From: an uncultured Pseudomonadales bacterium
Lineage (GTDB): Bacteria; Patescibacteriota; Microgenomatia; UBA1400; UBA1396
Direction: 5' to 3'
DNA: 64,000 nt
NCBI GenBank assembly: GCA_964511175.1
Contig: CAZEEI010000002.1
Coordinates: forward strand, 132,382-196,381
The notes below the pieces were generated by a model that saw only the letters and a list, made by a program, of their open reading frames with translations, ran no database searches and was not told where the DNA came from. Position numbers and translations under genes: made by a program. Positions 49,005 through 57,810 of the stretch are shown here, piece after piece. Every line of letters begins with the position of its first letter. Positions within the stretch are counted from its first letter, which is position 1.

Positions 49005-50270
49005 ATGACTACTATTGCTAAAGTTCTGGCGCGAGAGATATTGGCTTCAGGCGGATTACCTTCGATTGAAGTATCCGTACAGTTAAGTAATGGGGTAGTG
49101 GGAGTAGCCTCCGTGCCTTATGGGGCTTCGGCGGGCACTCATGAGGCGGCGGTACTTACGGATCAAGACCCTTCCCGGTATCAGGGTAATGGGATGCTCA
49201 AGGCTGTGGCTAATGTCGTGGAAAAAATTGCACCGGTGGTCATCGGCCAAACTGCTACCAACCAGCGAATCATTGATCAACTGATGATTGATTTGGACGG
49301 CACACCTAATAAGGCCAATTTGGGTGGCAACGCTATTTTGGCAGTTTCCTTAGCAGTGGCTCGCGCGGCGGCTCAAGCTCAAAACCAGCAGTTGTACGAT
49401 TACCTTGCCCAAACTTACCAGACACAAGCCGATTACCGCCGCCTGCCCCAGCCGATGGTAGTGGTGATTGAGGGCGGCAAACATGCTGATAAGTCAACCG
49501 ATTTACAAGAATACTGCCTGTCGGCTTTGGGCAATCATTCACCGAGCCAAAGTATTCGACAAATACTAGAAAGCTACCATCAGCTCAAGAAGATTCTTGG
49601 CGAAAAAGGTCTTTCCACTAACGTGGGAAATGAAGGCGCTTTTGCTCCTAATGGTATTCCTAGCAATGAAGCACCTTTTGCTTATATGCTGGCAGCGATT
49701 GAAAAAGCGGGCTATACGCCTGGGCAGGATATTGGTTTTTCCTTAGATGCGGCGGCTAATGAGTTTTATCGGAATGGCCAATATCATTTATCAATCGAGA
49801 ATCGCGATTTAACGGCAGCGGAACTAATTACCTATTTTGAACAATGGTTAAAACGATATCCGATTGCCACGATCGAAGATATGCTGGCTGAAGACGATTG
49901 GGATAATTGGGTATTAATGAAACAGATGGCCGACCGATATAACGTACCGCTAATCGGCGACGACCTAACGGTTACCAATGCCGAGCGTCTGCAAAAAGCC
50001 ATTGATCTGAAGGCAATTTCCGCCATATTGATTAAACTCAATCAAATCGGCACGCTGACGGAAACGGTTGACACTTGTTTGCTGGCCAAAAAACATGGCT
50101 TGATGACGGTCACTTCCCATCGCGGCGGCGGCGAAACCAACGATACGGCCATGGTGGACTTGGCTGTGGCGGTTAACTCCGCCTACATTAAGGTTGGTCC
50201 CACCAGGGGAGAAAGGGTAAGTAAATATAACCGTTTGATGGAAATAGAATCCATGGTCAAATATGGGTAA
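49005..50270 (+). CDS. eno: Enolase (divergent)
   Basis: GASAG.HEA, LGGNAIL, GNEGAFAP, IED, IGDDLTVTN, LIKLNQIGT, SHR, ER.SKYNRL. Confidence 0.9.
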   Translation: MTTIAKVLAREILASGGLPSIEVSVQLSNGVVGVASVPYGASAGTHEAAVLTDQDPSRYQGNGMLKAVANVVEKIAPVVIGQTATNQRIIDQLMIDLDGTPNKANLGGNAILAVSLAVARAAAQAQNQQLYDYLAQTYQTQADYRRLPQPMVVVIEGGKHADKSTDLQEYCLSALGNHSPSQSIRQILESYHQLKKILGEKGLSTNVGNEGAFAPNGIPSNEAPFAYMLAAIEKAGYTPGQDIGFSLDAAANEFYRNGQYHLSIENRDLTAAELITYFEQWLKRYPIATIEDMLAEDDWDNWVLMKQMADRYNVPLIGDDLTVTNAERLQKAIDLKAISAILIKLNQIGTLTETVDTCLLAKKHGLMTVTSHRGGGETNDTAMVDLAVAVNSAYIKVGPTRGERVSKYNRLMEIESMVKYG

Positions 50271-50760
50271 GAAATCGCTTTGTTTTTTTTCGATTCTGAT
50301 TTTGTTGGGAATAACTACTGTCAGAGTGGCTGCAAAAACTAATGAGAACGTCGCTACATCGCCCGCGGTATTTCGGCAAAATCAGGAGGCTGGCCAAATT
50401 GTTCGTTCACAAGTGGCCCAAAGGCACGCCGCCCGCCTAAGTTATCGTTTCGCCATTTATAATCTGCGACTGACTAGTATTGTTGACCGAATGCAAACTC
50501 GCCTGGATATTTTGGCGGCTGACGACAAAGATACAACCGCAGCCCAAGTCAAATTAACTGAAGCAAAAGCCGCCTTAACTAAAGCCAAAACCAAAGCTGA
50601 AGCAGCGATTAATACTTTTAACTCAATTGATCCGGATAAGTACGCCCAGCAGCGCGATTTGGCCCTGCAAGCGCGCGATATTGCCCAGGAATCTCGCGAA
50701 GATTGGCAGGCAGTGATTAACCTGCTCGGGGAAGTTTTACAATTAATTAAAGCGTTATGA
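50263..50760 (+). CDS. Secreted helical/coiled-coil hypothetical protein
   Basis: Signal peptide; Ala/Lys-rich helices. Confidence 0.7.
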   Translation: MGKKSLCFFSILILLGITTVRVAAKTNENVATSPAVFRQNQEAGQIVRSQVAQRHAARLSYRFAIYNLRLTSIVDRMQTRLDILAADDKDTTAAQVKLTEAKAALTKAKTKAEAAINTFNSIDPDKYAQQRDLALQARDIAQESREDWQAVINLLGEVLQLIKAL

Positions 50761-51065
50761 AAACAAATTGGCTGCATGGTTTAACCGTTTTACTTTTACT
50801 TGGTTTATTGGTATTTGGTTATTATTGGTATAACCGTGAAGTGATTGTCGGCTCAGCCGAAGAGTATATCGGTAGTGAAAATATGGCGGTTGCACCGGCA
50901 TCGATGGGGGTCAAGTCGGCAAGCCCGACACCCACTGCTACCATCGAGTTGACACCTGAAGAAAAAATAGCTAATCCCACCTTAAATCAGGGCACCACTG
51001 TTTATGAGTTGAAGAATGATCTTGATCAAACCATTATCGAGGAGGAGGATTTTTCCAATCTTTAA
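50757..51065 (+). CDS. Membrane-anchored hypothetical protein
   Basis: N-terminal TM, SPTPT linker, acidic tail; ATGA coupling. Confidence 0.7.
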   Translation: MKTNWLHGLTVLLLLGLLVFGYYWYNREVIVGSAEEYIGSENMAVAPASMGVKSASPTPTATIELTPEEKIANPTLNQGTTVYELKNDLDQTIIEEEDFSNL

Positions 51066-51070
51066 TATTT

Positions 51071-51673
51071 ATGGGCAAACTCGCTTTAGTCCGTCATGGC
51101 ATTACTGTTTATAACCAAGAACATCGCTTTACCGGTTTTACCGATGTTTCCATTACACCAAAAGGTGAAGAACAGGCTCGTCAAGTTGGTCGACAGCTTA
51201 AGGACTTAAATTGGCAGTTTGATGTGGCGTACACCTCTTGGTTAAAACGAGCTTGGGAAACACTGGCTCTTATTTTGCCGGAAATTAAGGCGCCACAGCT
51301 GCCAACTATCAAACATCCCTTTCTTAACGAACGTCATTACGGTGATCTACAAGGGATATTACACCAGGATATGATTCGCCAGTTTGGCGAAGAACAAGTG
51401 CAAATTTGGCGCCGCAGTTACGCCGTACGCCCGCCCAATGGTGAAAGTCTAGCTGATGTTGTCCATCGTACTCAGTATTATTTAGACCAGGAAATCATGC
51501 CGCGTTTGCTTAGAGGTGAAACGGTACTCGTTTGCGCCCATGGCAATTCCAACCGGGCGATGGTGAAGCAGCTGGAACAGATTTCGGATGAGGAGATTGT
51601 GAAACGAGAAATTGCTTATGACGTGGCGTTGTTGTACGAAGTAACGGCTGACGGCGTGCAAAAGTTAACGTAG
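51071..51673 (+). CDS. gpmA: 2,3-BPG-dependent phosphoglycerate mutase
   Basis: LVRHG, RFTG, LNERHYGDLQG, WRRSY..PP.GES, AHGNS.R. Confidence 0.94.
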   Translation: MGKLALVRHGITVYNQEHRFTGFTDVSITPKGEEQARQVGRQLKDLNWQFDVAYTSWLKRAWETLALILPEIKAPQLPTIKHPFLNERHYGDLQGILHQDMIRQFGEEQVQIWRRSYAVRPPNGESLADVVHRTQYYLDQEIMPRLLRGETVLVCAHGNSNRAMVKQLEQISDEEIVKREIAYDVALLYEVTADGVQKLT

Positions 51674-51835
51674 TTGTTTGGATTGTTGGGTCAGATATTC
51701 CAAAACTGCTCGTTCAAAAGCGGATTCAGCTTGCTGGACTTCTTGGTATTTTGCCAATTTCCTTTCCTCAGGAGAAAAATTGGGCATATAATCGATCAAT
51801 TTCTTCAAGATGTTCGGTTGTTAACTGTTCGGATT

Positions 51836-53263
51836 TCATAATTCAATCTTCTTTAGTCGCCCAATAACAATTTTTTGACCCAATACTCGCATGGTGGCAA
51901 ATAGTGGTGGGGTAGCTTTTTCACCCGTTACGGCTAAACGCAGCATCATAAAATACTGAGACTTAGGCCAATCTTTTTTTTCCTGAAGACGACGAATGGC
52001 TGCTTCGATTGATTCGTCTTGCCAATCGGTTAGTTGATTTAACACAGCAATAGTAGCTGTTAATTGCTCTGTCACTAACTCAGGCGTTGCCTTGCGCAGT
52101 AAAGCGGCTTGATCAACCTTAATATCCCGGTAGAAGAAAGCAGTCAGTGGCTCAAAATCTTTGAGCGTCACCAGTCGCTCGCGCACCAAAGGCAACAAGT
52201 CATCAAGGCGTTGGCGGTCTAAATCTTGGGGTAAAAATGGCTCTAATTTTTGCTTCAATTCCTCAAGTGATAGTTTTTCACGAATATATTTACCATTCAT
52301 CCAGTTTAATTTTTCGAAATCGAAAATTGGTCCGGTCTTTTGTATCCGCGCCATCGTAAAATCACTCACGAACTCGGCCAAACTAATTAATTCTTTTCCC
52401 TCCGGATGCGACCATCCCAGCAGCATGAGAAAATTTAGTAAAGCTTCTGGCAAATAACCTCGCTCGCGGTAACTTACAACCGAAACGTCATTTTTCCGCT
52501 TAGACAACTTGGAGTGATCGGGATTGCGCAATAATGGTAGGTGGGCAAATTGGGGTGGTTCCCAATCAAACATTTCGTAAAGCAAAAGGTGCTTGGGGGT
52601 AGAACTAAGCCACTCTTCACCGCGCATCACGTGAGAAATACGCATCAAATGGTCGTCAGCCACCACGGCCAGATGATAGGTGGGAAAGCCATCCGATTTA
52701 AGCAACACCTGGTCGTCAATCTGGGCATAGTTAATCACCATCTCACCGCGGATTAAATCCTGCCAGCGGCATTCACCTACCGGCACGCGCAGGCGTACGA
52801 CGTAGTTTTCACCAGCAGCAATGCGGGCGAGTGCTTGATCGAGCGGATAATCACGATAGCGACCATCGTACTTAGGCGGCAAGCCTTTCCGCTGCTGTTC
52901 TTCACGCATTTGCTGCAATTCCGTCGGGGTAGCAAAACAGTAATAAGCCTTACCTTCTTTAATAAGTTGTTCTACCGATGAACGATAAATGTCTAATCGT
53001 TCGGACTGGCGGTACGGGCCGTAAGGACCACCCACCCGCACACTCTCGTCAGCCTGGATGCCGACCCATTCCAAAGCATCCAAAATAATATCTTCGGCAC
53101 CCGCCACAAAGCGAGACCGGTCGGTATCTTCACTACGTACGATAAAATCACCGCCTTGTTGTTTGGCAAAGGCATAATTGAAGAGCGCGGTGTACAACGT
53201 ACCAACGTGAGCAATACCGGTGGGAGAAGGGGCAATGCGGGTACGTACTCGGTCAAAAGGCAT
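51836..53263 (-). CDS. gltX: Glutamate--tRNA ligase
   Basis: RIAPSPTG..HVG, EDTD, PYRQSER, PTYH, RGEEW, KLSKR; start re-called to ATG 53263 (TATAAT 6 nt upstream). Confidence 0.96.
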   Translation of the reverse strand: MPFDRVRTRIAPSPTGIAHVGTLYTALFNYAFAKQQGGDFIVRSEDTDRSRFVAGAEDIILDALEWVGIQADESVRVGGPYGPYRQSERLDIYRSSVEQLIKEGKAYYCFATPTELQQMREEQQRKGLPPKYDGRYRDYPLDQALARIAAGENYVVRLRVPVGECRWQDLIRGEMVINYAQIDDQVLLKSDGFPTYHLAVVADDHLMRISHVMRGEEWLSSTPKHLLLYEMFDWEPPQFAHLPLLRNPDHSKLSKRKNDVSVVSYRERGYLPEALLNFLMLLGWSHPEGKELISLAEFVSDFTMARIQKTGPIFDFEKLNWMNGKYIREKLSLEELKQKLEPFLPQDLDRQRLDDLLPLVRERLVTLKDFEPLTAFFYRDIKVDQAALLRKATPELVTEQLTATIAVLNQLTDWQDESIEAAIRRLQEKKDWPKSQYFMMLRLAVTGEKATPPLFATMRVLGQKIVIGRLKKIEL

Positions 53264-53280
53264 AGGGCAATTATAACCTA

Positions 53281-54360
53281 TTACGGTGTCACATTGCTGG
53301 CGAACCAAACCGGATCAATAGCTGGTACCAAAGCTTCAAAGCCGTTATCGCCGGTAAAAACATAGACCGGCTGATAATAATTCTGGGGTGTGGCGGGTTC
53401 GTAGTAAGCCAAGTAAACACTGCGGACGGTAGCCTGGTCGCCTGATCCCTGGTTGGTGACATAGCCCTGGCCGGCTTGCAGAGCCTGCCAAGCCTGGTTG
53501 GCCGACTGCAGTGGATAGGTTTCCACCGTCAGAGTATCGATGGGCTGATAATAAGAGCTGAGGCTCAAGATTCTTTCCCCCTGATCTCGACTTCCAGAAA
53601 AAAGAATGCGTATAACACCATGATCTTTGACATGGGTGATTGAAGGCAAACCATTGGGGGTAGCCCGGAAAATATCAACTTGCACAAAATCGGCCTCGGA
53701 AATACTGGCCGCCGTGCGCTGTTGTCCGGCCAAGGCTTTAATATAAGCAATTTTGGGTTCAGCCGTAGCAATATCTGGATAACTAAGATCCACTGATCGC
53801 AAAATAGTCCGCACTTCCGTAGCCAAAGACTGTGGTGTAGGAATCATTTTTTTGTTCAGCAGATCTGGAGAAGAAGCCCAATCTACCATTAAATTGAGTG
53901 TGCCATAAACCGTTTCTATTTCCAGTGTGGCTGGTATGGGTGTAGTGAGGCGCCAGCGGTACAGCGTATTGTTTATTTTTTCCGGGGCAAAAACAAATCC
54001 TAAGGCGGCAGCCTTGGCTTTGGCTTTGTCTAAAGCAATCAAACTAGGCTGAGCGGAAGGCATAAAGTATACCGGTATTTGGTTGCTGCCATACTCTGTT
54101 AAGCGTTGCCCAATGGTTTCCAAAACAAACTGCTTAGGACGATCTTCTAGAGACTGATTGGGGAAAGAGGGTAGTGGCAACAAACCAAAACCAACCGTGG
54201 CTGGCGGTGGCGGTGGCGGGTTGAGAGTCCGGTAAATCACCGCTGCGTAGCTAAAAAAGAAACGCCCAACAATGAACAATAGTAATAGTATTCCCCCAAA
54301 TTTGACTCCCTGCCGGCCATAATGGGCGACTTCGGACAAGGATAACTGACTAGTAGCCAT
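53281..54360 (-). CDS. Membrane-anchored hypothetical protein
   Basis: N-terminal TM, poly-Pro linker, C-terminal LAYY..YYQPVYVF..VPAI beta domain. Confidence 0.75.
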   Translation of the reverse strand: MATSQLSLSEVAHYGRQGVKFGGILLLLFIVGRFFFSYAAVIYRTLNPPPPPPATVGFGLLPLPSFPNQSLEDRPKQFVLETIGQRLTEYGSNQIPVYFMPSAQPSLIALDKAKAKAAALGFVFAPEKINNTLYRWRLTTPIPATLEIETVYGTLNLMVDWASSPDLLNKKMIPTPQSLATEVRTILRSVDLSYPDIATAEPKIAYIKALAGQQRTAASISEADFVQVDIFRATPNGLPSITHVKDHGVIRILFSGSRDQGERILSLSSYYQPIDTLTVETYPLQSANQAWQALQAGQGYVTNQGSGDQATVRSVYLAYYEPATPQNYYQPVYVFTGDNGFEALVPAIDPVWFASNVTP

Positions 54361-54383
54361 AGGTTAATGATAGCGCCATTTTG

Positions 54384-55343
54384 TCATGGTGAAAATGTCT
54401 GGTTGGCGCGTGGGTTGGGAGCAATCGTATGCAAAACCCACTGAATCAGCGATTGCGCTTCGCCGTAGCGGTCGCGGCTGCCTAAAATAACCAGAAGCAG
54501 ATCTAGTTGTCCTGACAAGCTGGCTGGCTGATCAAGATAACGCACCACCAAATTTTCGCCCGCTCCCTCAGTGGTACCGGTTTTAACACCTCGATAGTGA
54601 TTATTACGACGTAGCAAAACATTGGTTGAATAAATAGTATCGGTCCGACCGGTATTTTTTTCGTGAACCAAAACTTGTTGCTGAGCCACAATATCTTCCA
54701 AAAAAGGAATACTTAGAACAGTGTTGGCAATTTGACCAATGTCTGCGGCAGTAGAGTACTGCTGCGCATCATCTAACCCGAGACTGTTAATAAAATGGGT
54801 ATTACGCAGACCCATTTGTTGCGCCCGTTCATTCATAATTCGGATAAAATTGAGGTCATTTCCCCACAACCCATTGGCTAAAGTTTGAGCGGCATCATTA
54901 GCCGAAAAAACCAACATGGCTCGCAATAAATCGGCAACGGAAAAACGATCCCGCGGCAAAAATTTAGCTCGATTACCCAAAACACCAGCTGCCGAACCGA
55001 TAGTTAATTCATCCTGTAAGTTATAAGTGTCATAGGCTACTAGCGCCGTCATTAATTTGGCCAAGGAGGCAACCGATGTGGCCACATTGGACCGATCGCT
55101 GTACAGCAAAGAATCGGTGGTACGATCCAACAACCAAATGGCCTGAGCCGTATAGGGTGGCGGAACATTATTAGTTAAAATAAGTGCTGGTTCCAGGGTT
55201 GGTGTAGGTGTAGCGGAAATTGTCGGCAAAACTACTTGTTTGCCGGAAAACTCAAATAATCCTCCCAGTAAACCTAGACCCACCACACCAAACCATAAAA
55301 TCAAAAGCCAGGACATTTGGCGCAAATTACGTAGCGGTTGCAT
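54384..55343 (-). CDS. D-Ala-D-Ala carboxypeptidase (peptidase S11)
   Basis: SLAK (SxxK), SAN (SxN), KTG; N-terminal TM. Confidence 0.92.
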   Translation of the reverse strand: MQPLRNLRQMSWLLILWFGVVGLGLLGGLFEFSGKQVVLPTISATPTPTLEPALILTNNVPPPYTAQAIWLLDRTTDSLLYSDRSNVATSVASLAKLMTALVAYDTYNLQDELTIGSAAGVLGNRAKFLPRDRFSVADLLRAMLVFSANDAAQTLANGLWGNDLNFIRIMNERAQQMGLRNTHFINSLGLDDAQQYSTAADIGQIANTVLSIPFLEDIVAQQQVLVHEKNTGRTDTIYSTNVLLRRNNHYRGVKTGTTEGAGENLVVRYLDQPASLSGQLDLLLVILGSRDRYGEAQSLIQWVLHTIAPNPRANQTFSP

Positions 55344-55409
55344 GTTCTTTATTGTGCCAGTGATTAAAGCAATTGGCGAGAGCCGTTGAGATCCGATCTC
55401 AAACGGTAC

Positions 55410-55438
55410 TTGTGTATCTTTTGGTTTATGGTTACAAT
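55410..55438 (+). promoter_or_regulatory. sigma70 promoter TTGTGT-N17-TACAAT
   Basis: Correct 17-nt spacing; 10 nt before the leader ATG at 55449. Confidence 0.6.
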
Positions 55439-55448
55439 GACCACCAAT

Positions 55449-55538
55449 ATGTTAAGTTGGCGCATGCCTCACACCTGCCGTTTCGTTTCCCTTCAAATTA
55501 AGGGTTCATTGGGGGTTTGTGTAGCCGCAAAACAATAA
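55449..55538 (+). CDS. Putative 29-aa leader peptide MLSWRMPHTCRFVSLQIKGSLGVCVAAKQ
   Basis: Read directly; covers the antiterminator arm and stops 22 nt before the terminator stem. Confidence 0.45.
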   Translation: MLSWRMPHTCRFVSLQIKGSLGVCVAAKQ

Positions 55539-55560
55539 AATAACAACAAGCACAAAAAAC

Positions 55561-55592
55561 AAACCCCCTCCCAACACGAGGGGGTTTTTGTT
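55561..55592 (+). terminator. Intrinsic terminator / attenuator
   Basis: AAACCCCCTC-CCAACAC-GAGGGGGTTT then TTGTT; competing arm GGGGGTTTGT at 55511-20. Confidence 0.75.
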
Positions 55593-55628
55593 AGGTCAAA
55601 TATGGAATTAAAACAGAAAGGAATCACT

Positions 55629-55787
55629 ATGAAAGCTGAAAAGGTTTTTAGTAATAAACGGGATTGGACTGATACGGCGCCGGGGAAGAGCGTGGTTAAT
55701 ACCACCGAATCTCTGGCCGAAATTAATGAACTTCGCCCCATTAGTCAACGTTATATGAAAAAAACGATTTATCTAAAATGGATATGA
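55629..55787 (+). CDS. Small hypothetical protein (52 aa)
   Basis: AAAGGA SD 6 nt before ATG 55629; ATGA overlap with the next ORF. Confidence 0.5.
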   Translation: MKAEKVFSNKRDWTDTAPGKSVVNTTESLAEINELRPISQRYMKKTIYLKWI

Positions 55788-56194
55788 GTGCAAGTGTTAT
55801 GAACTTAAGACAAATACTAAAGGTAGAAGTTGCACCTAATAATCTAACCGAAGAATGTCAGCGGTCGGATGTGGGTTATCTGATAGCGCCAGCTCTTCTT
55901 TTTTGGATTCAGAGTTTGCAAAAAGGAGAATGGGCGGCACCTTACGCTTTAACTGCCAACAGTAAAATTGTGTCCTGCCAACGGGAAGGTTATCGCAAAT
56001 ATCAAGTAATCATTATCAACGACAACCCTCTAGAACCAAAAGCGATCAATTTAGTTATTAATCTGCCGTGGGATCCACGTTGTAATGTTGCCAAACTACG
56101 AACCATGATCGAAAATGTTAACCAGAGTTTGGCAGAAAATGCCGCACCTGCAGCTCAACCGCCTGACCAGGAAAATCACTTAAAGATAGCGTAA
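55778..56194 (+). CDS. Hypothetical protein (~138 aa)
   Basis: ORF downstream of the attenuator; 3' end overlaps the recJ 3' end by 77 bp. Confidence 0.55.
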   Translation: MDMSASVMNLRQILKVEVAPNNLTEECQRSDVGYLIAPALLFWIQSLQKGEWAAPYALTANSKIVSCQREGYRKYQVIIINDNPLEPKAINLVINLPWDPRCNVAKLRTMIENVNQSLAENAAPAAQPPDQENHLKIA

Positions 56195-57740
56195 ACACTA
56201 AATCAGCCCTACTAAGAACCGCCTGGTAACCGCGATCTTGATAAGAAAAACAAATTCCCTTCTGTGGTGTGCCTTGGTAAGTAAAATTAATCTGGGCATG
56301 ATTTTTTTCCCGACCAACCGGTTTCACTCTCTTAATTTCCACATCAGGCAAAATAAAAAGCGGCTCTTCGTTGCCCGCACCGAAGGGAGAAAACTCGGCA
56401 ATTAACTCTGCAGTAGTGCGGACTAATAAATTAGGCGCTAAAGGACCAAGTACCGACAGCTGTGGTTTTAAAGAAGCTAGGTTTATCTTTTTTTGCATAT
56501 TAGTCGTAATTTCCTGTTTCAGTTTGGATAAGTCTTGATTATTGATAGTAAAACCAGCGGCCATGGCGTGACCTCCTAAAGAAAGGAATTCTACTTGGTT
56601 TAAGTCGCGTAGAAAATTCGTCAGATGAAAACCAACCACTGATCGACCAGAGGCTTTGGCTTGTTTACCCACCAGTGACAAAACAATACTGGGCTTGCCG
56701 GTTTGTTCTACTAATTTGCTGGCAATTAAACCGATAATACCCGGATGATAATCGCCAGCTACTACTATTAAAGGATCGGGTGAGTCGGCGGGTAACCCCA
56801 ACTGAACTTGTCGCATTGCTTGAGCAGTTAAATCCTGACGTTCACGATTGGTCTCCTGTAGTTGTCTCATTAAATTAGTCGCCCGCTGCGGTGTTTTAGC
56901 TACCAGTGCCCGTAGGGCATCCAGTGCTTCATACAGGCGACCCATGGCGTTAAGGCGTGGTGCTAAGCCAAAATGAATAGTGTGGGCATCAGCTTGATCG
57001 AGTTTAATACCGGCTAAATCAGCTAAAATGCGCAAACTAACCCGTTGGGTTTGACGTAGTGCAGCCAAACCATGATAGGCAAAACTACGATTGGCACCGT
57101 AAAGAGGCACTTGATCGGCAATAGTACCAATAACCGCCAAATCTAGTTCTTGTTGGACAAAAGCCGGATCTAGTTCTCGCGCCAAAAACCAGGCTACTGT
57201 GGCCCCACACAGTTTGGTTGAATGAACAATGCTGCCAGCTATTGGCAAATGATCATCTGGTTCGTGATGGTCGGTAATAATTAATTCGGTACCTTTAGCT
57301 TTTAACCACGCCGCCGCTTGGTGAGCCACAATGCCGTTATCTACGGTTACCAGCAGCGAAGGTTGGGTTTTTTCCCAAATTTCGATTAAACCGGCTATTG
57401 CCAAACCATAACCATGGCGTTCACGATGAGGCAAAAAGGGACGAGCATTAAGCCCTAAATGATGGAGTGTCTCCCATAAAATCGCGGTACCGGTAATGCC
57501 ATCACAGTCATAATCACCATAAATAACGACTGTTTCTTGATTGGTAATAGCCTGCCGCAAACGTTGAGCGGCTTGTTGTAAAGAGGTAAGATTCAAACCG
57601 GCTTCCTCGGCCGAAAGAACGCTGGGGTGAGGCGGGGTAAAGAAAGAATGGCGCGCGGTCTCAGGAATACGTTCGAGTAACAGTGTAGTTAACTGCTCCG
57701 AACTAGTGATTGGTTGCGAGCTTAATTGGTTAATAATCAT
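56118..57740 (-). CDS. recJ: ssDNA exonuclease RecJ
   Basis: YGDYDCDG, R..HGYG, TVDNG, ITDHH, GTIAD, PRLNA.GR, GGHAMAAG, PFGAGN; start uncertain (57740 or 57761). Confidence 0.94.
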   Translation of the reverse strand: MIINQLSSQPITSSEQLTTLLLERIPETARHSFFTPPHPSVLSAEEAGLNLTSLQQAAQRLRQAITNQETVVIYGDYDCDGITGTAILWETLHHLGLNARPFLPHRERHGYGLAIAGLIEIWEKTQPSLLVTVDNGIVAHQAAAWLKAKGTELIITDHHEPDDHLPIAGSIVHSTKLCGATVAWFLARELDPAFVQQELDLAVIGTIADQVPLYGANRSFAYHGLAALRQTQRVSLRILADLAGIKLDQADAHTIHFGLAPRLNAMGRLYEALDALRALVAKTPQRATNLMRQLQETNRERQDLTAQAMRQVQLGLPADSPDPLIVVAGDYHPGIIGLIASKLVEQTGKPSIVLSLVGKQAKASGRSVVGFHLTNFLRDLNQVEFLSLGGHAMAAGFTINNQDLSKLKQEITTNMQKKINLASLKPQLSVLGPLAPNLLVRTTAELIAEFSPFGAGNEEPLFILPDVEIKRVKPVGREKNHAQINFTYQGTPQKGICFSYQDRGYQAVLSRADLVFTLSLSDFPGQAVELQVRHFLPNSG

Positions 57741-57810
57741 CAGCTGAGTGTGTTGTAACATACTTTATACCTTTCCTTGCAATCCTGTTTTGTGGTACGA
57801 TGCCTCGAGT

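Noticed and set aside
52850-52960. GluRS lacks the zinc ligands (CFAT..YDGRY)
   Set aside because: Zinc-free GluRS variants are well known.
55449-55592. T-box riboswitch
   Set aside because: No TGGNACC antiterminator bulge or stem I, and the downstream genes are not amino-acid related.
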